Source: Lytechinus pictus | Taxonomy: Eukaryota | Assembly (NCBI RefSeq): GCF_037042905.1 | Contig: NW_026974141.1 | Span: forward strand, 992,001 to 1,056,000 | DNA length: 64,000 nt | Direction of reading: 5' to 3' | Shown: piece by piece, positions 49,390-62,200 of the stretch | Layout of the letters: each line of letters starts with the position of its first letter | Position numbering within the stretch: the first letter of the stretch is position 1 | Notes under the pieces: model-generated | Database searches by the model: none | Seen by the model: the letters and a program-made list of their open reading frames with translations, nothing else | Told to the model about the DNA's origin: nothing | Made by a program: the position numbers and the translations under genes

Positions 49390-52300
49390 TTCTTCTCCCT
49401 ATGTGAGGGACTTTGCTTGGCATCTTTCTATACTGATAAACACTTTCCCACCCTCCCCCTCCCCTCACTCCATCCTGACACCTCTATGACACTCATCCTG
49501 TCTCTCCCTAGCACCCCTCCCACCCTGTTTCTCCCCCTGTGAGTGACTTGGCTTGGCATCTTTCTATACTAATAAACACTTTCCCACCCCTCCTCCCCCT
49601 ACCCTCACTCCATCCTGACACCTCTATGACACTCATCCTGTCTCTCCCTAGCACCCCTCCCACCCTGTTTCTCCCCCTGTGAGGGACTTTGCTTGGCATC
49701 TTTCTATACTAATAAACACTTTCCCACCCTCCCCCTCCCCTCACTCCATCCTGACACCTCTATGACACTCATCCTATCTCTCCCTAGCACCCCTCCCACC
49801 CTGTTTCTCCCCCTGTGAGGGACTTGGCTTGGCATCTTTCTATTCTAATAAACACTTTCCCACCCCTCCTCCCCCTACCCTCACTCCATCCTGACACCTG
49901 CGTGACACTCATCCCGTCTCTCCCTAGCACCCCTCCCACCCTTTTTCTCCCCCTGTGAGGGACTTGGCTTGGCATCTTTCTATACTAATAAACACTTTCC
50001 CACCCCTCCTCCCCCTACCCTCACTCCATCCTGACACCTGCGTGACACTCATCCTGTCTCTCCCTAGCACCCCTCCCACCCTGTTTCTCCCCCTGTGAGG
50101 GACTTGGCTTGGCATCTTTCTATTCTAATAAACACCCCCCTCCTCCCCCTCCCCTCACTCCATCCTGACACCTCTATGACACTCATCCTGTCTCTCCCTA
50201 GCACCCCTCCCACCCTTTTTCTCCCCCTGTGAGGGACTTGGCTTGGCATCTTTCTATACTAATAAACACTTTCCCACCCCTCCTCCCCCTACCCTCACTC
50301 CATCCTGACACCTGCGTGACACTCATCCTGTCTCTCCCTAGCACCCCTCCCACCCTTTTTCTCCCCCTGTGAGGGACTTGGCTTGGCATCTTTCTATTCT
50401 AATAAACACCCCCCCCCCTCCTCCCCCTCCCCTCACTCCATCCTGACACCTCTATGACACTCATCCTATCTCTCCCTAGCACCCCTCCCACCCTGTTTCT
50501 CCCCCTGTGAGGGACTTGGCTTGGCATCTTTCTATACTAATAAACACTTTCCCACCCCTCCTCCCCCTACCCTCACTCCATCCTGACACCTGCGTGACAC
50601 TCATCCCGTCTCTCCCTAGCACCCCTCCCGCCCTGTTTCTACCCCTGTGAGTGACTTGGCTTGGCATCTTTCTATTCTAATAAACACCCCCCCCTCCCCT
50701 CACTCCATCCTGACACCTCTATGACACTCATCCTGTCTCTCCCTAGCACCCCTCCCACCCTGTTTCTACCCCTGTGAGTGACTTGGCTTGGCATCTTTCT
50801 ATTCTAATAAACACCCCCCCTCCCCTCACTCCATCCTGACACCTCTATGACACTCATCCCGTCTCTCCCTAGCACCCCTCCCACCCTGTTTCTACCCCTG
50901 TGAGTGACTTGGCTTGGCATCTTTCTATTCTAATAAACACCCCCCCCTCCCCTCACTCCATCCTGACACCTCTATGACACTCATCCTGTCTCTCCCTAGC
51001 ACCCCTCCCACCCTGTTTCTACCCCTGTGAGTGACTTGGCTTGGCATCTTTCTATTCTAATAAACACCCCCCCCTCCCCTCACTCCATCCTGACACCTCT
51101 ATGACACTCATCCTGTCTCTCCCTAGCACCCCTCCCACCCTGTTTCTACCCCTGTGAGTGACTTGGCTTGGCATCTTTCTATTCTAATAAACACCCCCCC
51201 TCCCCTCACTCCATCCTGACACCTCTATGACACTCATCCCGTCTCTCCCTAGCACCTCTCCCACCCTGTTTCTCCCCCTGTGAGTGACTTGGCTTGGCAT
51301 CTTTCTATTCTAATAAACACCCCCCCCCCTCCCCTCACTCCATCCTGACACCTCTATGACACTCATCCTGTCTCTCCCTAGCACCCCTCCCACCCTGTTT
51401 CTACCCCTGTGAGTGACTTGGCTTGGCATCTTTCTATTCTAATAAACACCCCCCTCCTCCCCCTCCCCTCACTCCATCCTGACACCTCTATGACACTCAT
51501 CCTGTCTCTCCCTAGCACCCCTCCCACCCTTTTTCTCCCCCTGTGAGGGACTTGGCTTGGCATCTTTCTATACTAATAAACACCCCCCCCCTCCCCTCAC
51601 TCCATCCTGACACCTCTATGACACTCATCCCGTCTCTCCCTAGCACCCCTCCCACCCTGTTTCTACCCCTGTGAGTGACTTGGCTTGGCATCTTTCTATT
51701 CTAATAAACACCCCCCCCCCTCCCCTCACTCCATCCTGACACCTCTATGACACTCATCCCGTCTCTCCCTAGCACCCCTCCCACCCTGTTTCTACCCCTG
51801 TGAGTGACTTGGCTTGGCATCTTTCTATTCTAATAAACACCCCCCTCCTCCCCCTCCCCTCACTCCATCCTGACACCTCTATGACACTCATCCTGTCTCT
51901 CCCTAGCACCCCTCCCACCCTTTTTCTCCCCCTGTGAGGGACTTGGCTTGGCATCTTTCTATACTAATAAACACTTTCCCACCCCTCCTCCCCCTACCCT
52001 CACTCCATCCTGACACCTGCGTGACACTCATCCTGTCTCTCCCTAGCACCCCTCCCACCCTTTTTCTCCCCCTGTGAGGGACTTGGCTTGGCATCTTTCT
52101 ATTCTAATAAACACCCCCCCCTCCCCTCACTCCATCCTGACACCTCTATGACACTCATCCCGTCTCTCCCTAGCACCCCTCCCACCCTGTTTCTACCCCT
52201 GTGAGTGACTTGGCTTGGCATCTTTCTATTCTAATAAACACCCCCCCCCTCCCCTCACTCCATCCTGACACCTCTATGACACTCATCCTGTCTCTCCCTA

Positions 52301-52395
52301 GCACCCCTCCCACCCTGTTTCTCCCCCTGTGAGGGACTTGGCTTGGCATCTTTCTATTCTAATAAACACTCCCCCCTCCCCTCCCCTCACTCAAT
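49390..52395. repeat. C-rich minisatellite, 22 units of about 126-140 bp, at the start of gene C intron 3
   Basis: Unit ...ctccatcctgacacctctatgacactcatcctgtctctccctagcacccctcccaccctgtttct(a/c)cccctgtgag(t/g)gacttggcttggcatctttctat(a/t)ctaataaacac... Confidence 0.95.
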
Positions 52396-52417
52396 CCTGT
52401 TACACCCAGACACTTCT

Positions 52418-52687
52418 GGGCCCTATCTTTAATACAAGTATTGATCCGATCAACCTCAGCTATATGGAAATCCATATCTGTCATAATTTTTCTCACAGAA
52501 AATATGCACAATGTCCTACATAAACATAGAGGATCACACTGAATTTTCCAAAATAACTATGGATGTATAAGTTCACAACATATCTGGAAAACATCTGGAA
52601 CTAACATGCTTTTTAGATTATGACATTGCTGGCTTTCCATAGTTTTGGTTGATTGGATTAATCGTAACTCTTTGCAAGACGGAACCC
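52418..52687. mobile_element. ~267-bp MITE family copy 1 (degraded)
   Basis: Similar to 54387 and 57103 (gatccgatcaa...ctatgga; ctttgcaagacgg). Confidence 0.6.
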
Positions 52688-53065
52688 TGAACTCCAACCT
52701 TGTTTCTCTATATTAATAAGGGCTGTTAAAATATTGTTTTGTTTGCCATAACAGAGATTTAAAAAAAATGGGTCGGTCAGGCGGATTCTCTTTTTCTTTT
52801 TCCTTCCCATGTCATGGATTATAATCTATCACATCATGTGCCAGTAAAAAAAAGAAAAAAAAGGAGGCAAAGCAATTACAATTAGGGTCGGTGGGCACAT
52901 TTAGTGAGGGAGGGTCAACTTTGAATAGAAAATTAATAAAAAGTTAGCAGATTTGACAAGGGTCGGTCAGGTTACTGCAAACAAATATTTGTTTTTTTGT
53001 GGCTAAACAATCCCCCATCTTTCCGAGCACGTTCAACCAGCTTCTCCCTAGCCTATAATTTAAGG

Positions 53066-53440
53066 GTAAATTTCCAATTTGTCCATTGCTAACTCATCCA
53101 CCCATCATATACACGGCGGTAGTCTACCTTCATTTAGTCTTTAATCAATGCCATTCCGTCCATTCACATTCCATCTAACAACCATTTCGTCCAATCACCA
53201 TTTCGTCTGACCATTTCATCCCATAACCAGTTGGTCTAAGATCCATTTCTTTTCATTAATTTGGCACAATTAACACTTAGTCCAGTTAGACCAAATGGTA
53301 TATGGACTAAATGGCTATTGGACCAACTGGTTATTAGACGGAATGGTGAGTAGACGAATTGGCAATTAGACCATGTGGATAGTGGACGAACTGATGGTAG
53401 ACCAAATGACAGTAGACAAGTTGGCAATAGGATGAATTGG
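53066..53440. repeat. Degenerate inverted-repeat element made of cgtct/tagac motifs
   Basis: Left half has ccatttcgtc motifs; right half has tagacga/tagacca motifs in inverted orientation. Confidence 0.45.
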
Positions 53441-54386
53441 AGCATAGGACATAAAATATATACAAATTACCAGGCAGTGACATTATCAGTCAGTTCAGTT
53501 CGGATGAATGCATCTGTGAGGATATCAAAACAGCTAGGTCTTCATATTTCATTTTAATTGGTCAAATGTTTGTGCAATTTAAGTCTAGTCCCACCCCAGA
53601 AAAACTTGATTAGAATCAATAGAGAAAAATGAAATGAATGAAAAACCGAAAACTTAATCAAATTTAATAATTAGATGTAAAATAAGAAAGTTTTAAAATT
53701 TTAAAGTTTCCCTTATTTTTCACTTGTACATGTACTTAGAAGAGTAAGAAGGCAAGATGGGGTAGGGATGGGGGAGGCTAACATGGATTCCATTTCCTGG
53801 GTACAGTTAGATATACAGGAATAATTATGTCCTACATAAATTAAATCCTGTGTGCTGATTGGTTTAAATAGCATCATGTGACCAAACATTCTCACTATTA
53901 TGCGATGATGTTGAAAATGAAACACCCACTGAAGAAACTTTACTATTCTGTGCATCAATGATGGAATAGTGCTCTACTGTATTCTGGCGTAGACACTACC
54001 GTAATCAGCGTTCTGCATTGGCTTTTGGAAAAGGTCAAGTCAGCGCAACGGGTTATCTATATTTGGTTCAGATTGAACAAGGATTTACTACGAGTACAAG
54101 AACTAGATTATCAAGAACTACCCGTATTGCTATAACTTACTAAAGTAGGATATAAAACCAATATACCAGGCCTTTATTTCGGAAGTATAGAGGGAATATT
54201 CATCCTCGGTTATACTGGCAAAATTACTAGTAATGGCATGCCAGTCCAATCTCGAACGAATAATTCCCACTATACTTACTCAAAGCCTGGTATATTTGTA
54301 TAATAGACATCTACATATAACTCCCATTATTTAGTTTTTGCAGTACTGATTATGTCGAGGCTCTTCAAAATCATACTCACAGATCT

Positions 54387-54652
54387 GGGCCCCATCTTAC
54401 AAAGAGTGGAGATTGATCCGATCAATCGCAACTATGGACGGCCAGCAACGTCAACATATAAAATGCATGTTCAAAATTTTTTCTAGATATGAATGTATAT
54501 CCATAAATTGATTGATTTCTTGACAATTTGGTGTGTTCTTTGTTTACAAAGGACATTTTACAAATTTCCTGTAGAAGAAATAATGACACTGATGGATTTC
54601 CATAGAGTTACGATTGATTGGATCGATCATAACTCTTTGTAAGACCGGGCTC
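54387..54652. mobile_element. ~267-bp MITE family copy 2
   Basis: gggccccatcttacaaagag ... ctctttgtaagaccgggctc TIRs. Confidence 0.7.
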
Positions 54653-56415
54653 AGGACTCTTATAGAAATCCTTCAACCCCAGTCCTTGTGCTATGGCTAT
54701 TATTCAGCGTTATGCTTGAATCATCCCCTGGAATTATGTCTTTGTGGGATTCGTTATTTTCCATTTTAATGTGAGAAGATGACAATTGAAATTCTATATA
54801 GGTGCTTTGTAGCGCAATAACAGGAGTGCTCTTCATCTCTTTGAATAGGAATGCTTCTTTAGGCCCCGCAGCTTCATGTATTTAGTGAGCTATATACAAC
54901 GTAGTCTGCCCTCAGAAAATGAAAAATTCCTGAAGGTCTAATACATAAATAGAAAAATAAGATAATAAAATAGAAAAAGAAATAGAGAGAGAGATAGGGA
55001 GAGCCTGTTTCATAGATTGCATTCATTCAGCACAAGAGAAAAAAAAAGGGTATTTGAATATTTTTGCAAGTGAAGTAACTTATATTATTATATTGAAATA
55101 GCCCCCCCCCCCCCTCTCATTAATTGCTATTGAGTTTACATTCTGAGTGAGAATGCTTTACTCGTTTACTACTGAATTGTATAATCACTATAGACTTCAT
55201 ATAGACACCAGCAACTTAAGATTTGGCAAAAGGTAAAGTGTGATATTTTCTATTGTTGTCAGAGGAAAGGGGGGGGGGGCAGCGGGGGTGATAAAATGAA
55301 GTAAAGCAATCAGTATATTTGATAGTAATGGGTGCTGTCAACAATCATTATCCAAAGAGGCTTAATTTTCATAATGAGTGGACAAAATTTTCTCAGATAG
55401 CACGCACTGCGAGTAAGAATGTAACATTGAAGATGTAGTGATGGATCTAAAATTTTCCGGGTGGGGGCGGCATTTTTGTACAGGAATAATTTGACAAGCA
55501 AAAAAAAAGGTTATCACTTGCGAATGTATGGCATATTCCCCTAAGAAAATATATTTATGTGTCTCTGAAAGAGATTTGCTAGTGTAAAGATGTATTTAAC
55601 TCCAAGCGCAGTGAAAAGTGAGGTCCCTGGAAAATCGTAATGTTTCAAAGTTCAAATGAAGTTTACAATCATTTTGAAAGAGATACACAGCGATTAGTGT
55701 ATGTTGATGGGTAACTGTTGTTGACCAATCTGTCAGGATTTAGTGCAGAGAACAACGACACATTGTCACAATGTTCGTCTTCTCAGCTCACTACACAAGT
55801 CCTGTTCATTAATGTCACGATCAGGCCCGCAACTATCACATATGAATTATGTATTATGAAATGCGCTAATGAATACTCCTCAGTCTTTACATTATTTCCT
55901 TCTGAACTCTCTACCCTCTGTCTCCTATACTTCATAAAACCATTCTGCCCTCTAACTTTCTCCCTTTCATAGCCAGCAGAGGTAAGTGAATTTGCACCTT
56001 GCATAGTTGAATTAGACCTTTAAAAAATTCTTATGCTGCCCCCATCCAATCAACCCTAAAATGTGAAAAAAAAAAAGGAGGATCGCTGTTTTTTTAAGGA
56101 GACCAAAAATATACAAATGCAATGTTTTTGTGAGAAAATATCAGATTTAGGTGAAGAATTTGCTCAAATTTTTATTCAGTGGCGCAAAAAAAAGCACTTT
56201 AATATGCGTTTTGCCATGTTTGACTGCGGAAACAAATCTCCCATGCTTGATTTTCTTTGTGCAGCGCAGCAGCGAAGGTTTTAAAATACTGACCCAACTT
56301 TCCGATTTTGGTCTGAAGAGGGCATTACTGCTCTTTAAAGGCCTCTTGTGAACACCTTTTCTAGCATGTAACATTCCTGTTATGACGTACTAAACCCCAA
56401 CAGCCAACACTCCCT

Positions 56416-56903
56416 GGTTACACTTCGTAATTCCAAAGGTTCTTTATTCCGAAGGTTCGTAATTCCGAAACACGTAAATTGCCTATACCTCGATGTTCGT
56501 TTATCCGAAAACGTAAAAGGGTTCGTTAATCCGAACATTTGTGGCGTTATTCCGAAGGTTCGTTTTTCCGAAGGTCGATAATCGAAAACGAAATAAGGTT
56601 CGATGTTCCGAAGGTTCGTTAATCCAAAAACGAAATAAGGTTTGTTGTTCCGAAGGTTCGTTAGTTCGAAAACGAAATAAGGTTCGTTAATCATTTAGTT
56701 TTCGGACTAACGAACCTTTAGAATTACGAACCTCATTTCGTTTTCGGAGTAACGAACCTTCGGAATTACGAACCTTATTTCGTTTTCAGATTAACGAACC
56801 TTCGGAATTACGATCCTTCGGAATTACTAACCTTCGTAAATACGAACCTTCGGAATAACCGAACCTTCGGAATAACGAAGCTTCGGAATTACGAATGTAT
56901 GCG
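56416..56903. mobile_element. Second full copy of the ttccgaaggttcg (MULE-like) element
   Basis: Colinear with 12985-13457; perfect 9-bp TSD acactccct (56407-56415, 56904-56912). Confidence 0.82.
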
Positions 56904-57102
56904 ACACTCCCTTGCCTCTTGTAAATCGAAGCACAAAAATTAATTTCCTTAATGGTAACCACCAACCTGAAATCTTTCCTTTCTAATAACCGAATTGCAT
57001 GCCTTTTTTTTCTTTTTAGTCCAGTCAATGTGATTGTTCTAACCTTTGTGTCTGTGTCAGAACTCAAGAGTAACATTGGTATAATTACACATATCAATAC
57101 AA

Positions 57103-57368
57103 GGGCCCTGTCTTACAAAGAGTTGTGAATGATCCGATCAACTATGGAAAGCCAGCAACGACAACTTCTAAAATGCATGTTTGTGCAAGATATTTTATAG
57201 ATAAGATGTATATTCATACATTCATAATTTCCTTGAAAATTCAGTGTGGTTCTTTTTCCTTACAATTGACATTATGCAAATTATTTGTAGAAAAAATTAT
57301 GACATCGATGGATTTCCATGCAGTTGAGGTTGATCGGATCAATCGTAATTCTTTGTAAGACGGGGCCC
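57103..57368. mobile_element. ~267-bp MITE family copy 3
   Basis: gggccctgtcttacaaagag ... ctttgtaagacggggccc TIRs. Confidence 0.7.
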
Positions 57369-58037
57369 CAATGGTATTGTTTGCATTATGAATGTGATTG
57401 ATCTAGCATTTTTGTCTTCTTATCTTATTGACTTTGTACACAAAAATATTGTAAATACCAGTTGTGGTATTGATCTCAAAATGAGTTCTTACAGAATCCA
57501 ATAAAATTACCACCAGTGTCTGCATGTATGAATTAAAAGGTATGAGCCAAATGGCTCTGGAAGAAAATGCGTATTTGCTGCGACATGAGCAAAGTAAGCC
57601 TAGAATTCCAGCAAATGTCGGGTGTTTTTCTATGCAAATTTTGATACACTGTCCCACATATGCTTTTCTGTGTTGGTGATCATCAGAAATATTGGTTTTG
57701 AGCTATTAAGGTTTCATGATTTTACAAAGATAAGTTTACATTAATGTACCAGATCTAGTTATATTTTATATGATACTCTGGTGACGGTTAGTTAACTTTG
57801 ATTTGAAATACTTTCTCATGAAATAATTGTCTGCTGCAACTACTTTCTATTACCTTTAAGTATGTGAAGCAAGTAGTTGATAGTCAGTGAAAATAACTGA
57901 CAACTGTTATAAGCTACTGAAATCCATGCATCTGATTGGTTGATCTATGAGAGCAAATTATATCAGTGAAACACTGACAAGATACTACCTGAGACTCTCC
58001 TGAAGTAATATTCAGTCTCTATCTTTCTTCTTGATAG

Positions 58038-58154
58038 ATGTGGCCCGATGAGACGATACCTGAGTTCAGACAATCGATGGAAGAGCTTTATAGATGGTGT
58101 ACAAAGCTAAACCACAGGATACTTGATGTTATTGGTCATTGCCTCAAATTACCG
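58038..58154 (+). CDS. Gene C exon 4 (catalytic HxD...H exons not seen; presumably beyond window)
   Basis: Acceptor ctttcttcttgatag; MWPDETIPEFRQSMEELYRWCTKLNHRILDVIGHCLKLP (WP...PxFR motif); donor CCG|gttagt, phase 0. Confidence 0.88.
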
Positions 58155-58176
58155 GTTAGTATTCAACTTAGTATCA

Positions 58177-58425
58177 AGGCTCTGTCACGTCGTTCCGTGC
58201 AAGCCTTGCGGGTAATTGCCTGCAACCCACCCGCGATATTGCTTTGAGCATGTTCAAAACTTTTATGCGTGCAAATCAGACTTGCGTGTACTTCTGCGGG
58301 CAACTGCGTGTGAGATGCATGCGAGATTATGTCAACAGACCTGCCAACTAGTACGTTTTAGCCGTATTTAGTACGTTTTTGCAACCAAAATATGGCAGTA
58401 CGTTTTTTCTTTAAAAAATATGTTT

Positions 58426-58463
<38 letters not shown>

Positions 58464-58879
58464 AAAACAAAATCGTAATTTATTGAGAAAAATCATCTCT
58501 ATATGTCTCTATTTCATAAAACGTACACAAATATGGTTATTAGATCAATGTAATTTCAGGTAACTTGTTTTTTTTTTCAATCATTTTGTCAAAACCAGGT
58601 TGAGATATACACAAGTTTCAATGGTTTTTTTTTTCATCTGCAAGAGCAGTGCGCATTTTAGCTTGCATGCAGCTTGAGCGCCGTGATGGGCGAGTGCGCC
58701 AAGAATTTTATTATGAAATACACTTTTTTGGGGGAAAATACAGTTTTTTGTATCACAGAATACAGTTTTTCATTCCCACCGGTTGGCAGATCTGTGTCAA
58801 TGCGGGCGACCTACGGGTAGCAAAAATAGTTACCCGCAAGTCGCATGCAAGGCTTACACGGAGCGATGTGACAGGGCCT
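58177..58879. mobile_element. Harbinger-like MITE just inside gene C intron 4, with nested insert
   Basis: aggctctgtcacgtcgttccgtgcaagccttgc ... gcaaggcttacacggagcgatgtgacagggcct TIRs. Confidence 0.7.
58336..58794. mobile_element. Nested hAT-like element with 6-bp TSD
   Basis: cagacctgccaac ... gttggcagatctg; tgtcaa at 58330-58335 and 58795-58800. Confidence 0.72.
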
Positions 58880-59008
58880 TTATCTTTGAAGGGGAAGTAC
58901 ATCCTGATTGATGATCAGCTGATCCTGAAAAATGCCATAAAATGAGAGAAACATATCAATGAAAGTTTGAAAAAAAGGTTGTTTTTTTTTATTGATAAGA
59001 GTAGATTT

Positions 59009-59230
59009 GGAGTGTGTGTCCCAGTGGATTAGTCTCCGGACTTTGAAACAGAGGGTCGTGGGTTTGAATCCCAGCCATGGCGTAATTTCCTTCGGCAACA
59101 AATTTATCCACATTGTGCTGCACTCGACCCAGGTGAGGTGAAATTGTGAATGGGTACCCGGTAGGATATTTCTTCAACGCTTTACCGCCTATTAATATGG
59201 CGGCTCAGCTACAGCCGGGGTAATAATATA
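59009..59230 (+). mobile_element. tRNA-derived SINE
   Basis: A-box-like tcccagtggattag, B-box-like ggtttgaatccc, then body tgctgcactcgacccaggtg...aatgggtacc and an AT-rich tail. Confidence 0.7.
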
Positions 59231-62200
59231 TGTGGGCCATCCTGGGAAAATGGGTATTATAGGTGAAATTTTGGATTTTGTTTTTTTTATGTTTTCTGGT
59301 ACCTGGACACATGTACAATGTGTATACAAAATATTAGAGTCTAATTCATATTTGAATTAGAGATATGGCCAATTGAATCAGGGGTACCCCCCCCCCCCCC
59401 CCCCCCCCCCGCCTGGCTGTATGGGTCGTCTTGGTAGTCGGGCTTATTATTCATCTTTCCATGATAGGGAAATGTTGGTTCTTTTGGAACGCCCAACATA
59501 TACCTGGCATAGGCGAGGTAATCTATTGTAGTGCAGACATAATTTCATATTTACACAGCTAGGCGAATACAATAAAACAAATTATTCTACATATTCAACC
59601 ACACCCACACTAGAACCCACACCCACATTACATGCACAAAAACCCTTATGGAGACTATTTATCATACTATAGTTCGTCATAGCGCGAGGTTTTAACATGG
59701 GAGGAGATTCCCAGATCCAATGACCAGGGGCAGATGGGGTTGGATTATTCATCTGATTTTGTTGTTGGGGGCAGCTTATCATTCTTTTTTTTTTGGGGGG
59801 GTGCCCACCCCCACAGGCGCCGCAGAACATTTTTTGAAAATGGGAGGGGCTGTCCATGCAAAAAAAATCACAATCAAATGGTAATTTTTTACATGTTTAT
59901 ACATGCATTCTGGAGGGAAAAAGTGGGGCCAAAGCCCCTGCCCACCTCCATCCTAGATTTGTTCCTGCCCATAACCCCCCCCCCAAAAAAAAAGACACCA
60001 CCTTGCTGTGTGTCCATACTTCACTTTCTCGCAAAGTAAAATCTAAAAAAAATCATGCTTAAGCTTTGGAAAATAAACACAAACAAAATTCAATTTTGCA
60101 AAAACAAGTTTTTTTCGGTGGCAATAAACAATAGTGAAAAGCTGATGCGAGCTACATTTCATAAAGATTTAATATGACAGCAACTCTTGATGAAATATCA
60201 TCTTTCATTGAACGAGCGAATCAGGAAGCAGAAGTTTCACTGTTTTCATGGTAGTTTTCATTCGAGCAAGGGATCAATCATATCAACATTTCATGAAATG
60301 GGCCATATTTGGTTTCTTTTTAGGGATGGGGGAGTCATGAAAATATATTTCACAAATTGCTGCCAAATTATCTGGATCACTGAAGGATTTTTTTTTGTCA
60401 CTTCGTTTGAAAATAAGAATAAAACTGTGCATAAAAACTTGGCTCCACATATTAAAACGACAGGTATTATAACAACAAATAATCACAAATACATAATCTT
60501 CTTTTCTCCGCTACACTCTGTACACGTGTGTAATGATATGCGTTGTAAACATAAAAAATAATATCAGAGTTTAATTATTGATATGGAAGAGACTACATAC
60601 ATTTACTCTCTTCTATGCAGCAGTATTAACAAAACTCAGGAATGTGCATCGCTCTCCACTGTCCAAATTTGCACAAAAAATGATATAAATCACGATAATC
60701 TCTCCTTAGTGTGTGTCTTTAACATTATCACAAACTTCTTAATACAGCAGCAAACTTACCACATTTCAATTTTCTACAATGACATCCTTCTAATGGGTCA
60801 GCAAACGTTACAAATTAAGTTGAAGTTTTTTTTATCGAAAAACTTCATAGAGTTTGTTCATTCAAAGTAAAACACGTATTCATTGTTCAATTTCCTCTCC
60901 TACCGGGGAGGCCGAGGTGCCTTGTCTTCATCTAAGATATTTCCATATATCATATTCCCTCTATTTGGAAAATCCAGTTGATAGCTTATCTGGGAGTATC
61001 TGAGAGAGTATGTCAGCAGGGTTCACCAAAGGGAATAATTTTCTTCCTCTGCATTGTTTGCTTTGTTCCGATGACTCGAATCTGCATGTTTGATGAATAC
61101 ATATATAAAAACAATCACATTACACTCTCATTTCTTCATGATCCATGGACATTTATCCACAACATGATATTTAACATACATTAACTTTTCACTCTTGGAC
61201 TTTGTGTAAATGTTACTTGTATTTCTAATAAAGGTGGAAGTACTCCCTGATGTCATATTTTTCTACCAAAAATAACAAGATTAAACTATTGTTGGGTAAA
61301 AAAAATCCCTCCAAAATTCATGAGATGTTCATATTTAAATGTTTAATTTTGATATATCACTTGCAAAAAGCTTTCTCTGCATGAGCCTTTATCCAAATTT
61401 CTATATTTTTTCCATTTTTTATGGTTTTTATCATTTTATATTTTTTATATTTTCCATAATTCTAGATTTCATGTACTAATAGTGGTAAAATTAATTTCAA
61501 AACAATACCTTATAAAACGGCAATTAACCAAATTCGTTGAGAAATCGGTTACAACTGAATGATAAAGTCAAAACTGGCACACTATTTCCATATAGAATAT
61601 AGATAAAGCATGGAAAGCTACCTGGAGCTGTGGTAATGGTGAATCCCATATCAGAGTCTTAAAGTACTTCTTGAAGGGCTGCTGTCAGCTGTATGTTGGT
61701 TCTTAGATGTCTTGTCCTCACTGCACTAATACAGTTGCTCTGTAGATCCTGTGCCTTTAACATGTTTAACACAACGAAAGAAAACAAGGCCAATTAGTTA
61801 ACACATTTTCAGAGTTAAAGTTTATTTAAAAAAAAAAAAAATACTTAAGAAGAAAAAACTTTAAAAAAACAATTAAAACTATAGTAATTTTTTTTCTTCA
61901 AAAATATGTCTTTTCATTTTTTTTTAATATTGAATGATTTTGCGTAGAAAGTTGGAGAACCTCATGTTATGTAGCTCGACCAGATTGTAGAAAAAATAAG
62001 AAATACCCCACCCCCCACCCGCCCCCCAAAAAATATATTATTTTTTAATAAATTTCTTATAAATTGTGACAATCTGTTTTCTAGTTATAATTTCGATATC
62101 ATTTGCACAGCTTTGGTGAACCTCATACCAAATGGACCCCACCCCCTCCGATTTAAAAGGGTACTCGGAGCTGAAAATAATTTCATCAAATGTAAGCAAA

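Noticed and set aside
49508-52094. Series of 61-63 aa - strand ORFs (MPSQVPHRGR...)
   Set aside because: One per minisatellite unit, present or absent depending on C-run length; no independent sign of coding.
49390-52395. CRISPR-like appearance of regular repeats (also 12985-13457)
   Set aside because: No unique spacers, no cas genes, eukaryotic intron context.
59009-59082. Possible tRNA gene
   Set aside because: Degenerate boxes and stems, and it continues into a SINE body with no oligo-T terminator.
60870-61085. Possible decayed - strand exon inside a putative old element (about 59240-63630)
   Set aside because: Stops in the frames checked and no recognisable motif; element boundaries not supportable.
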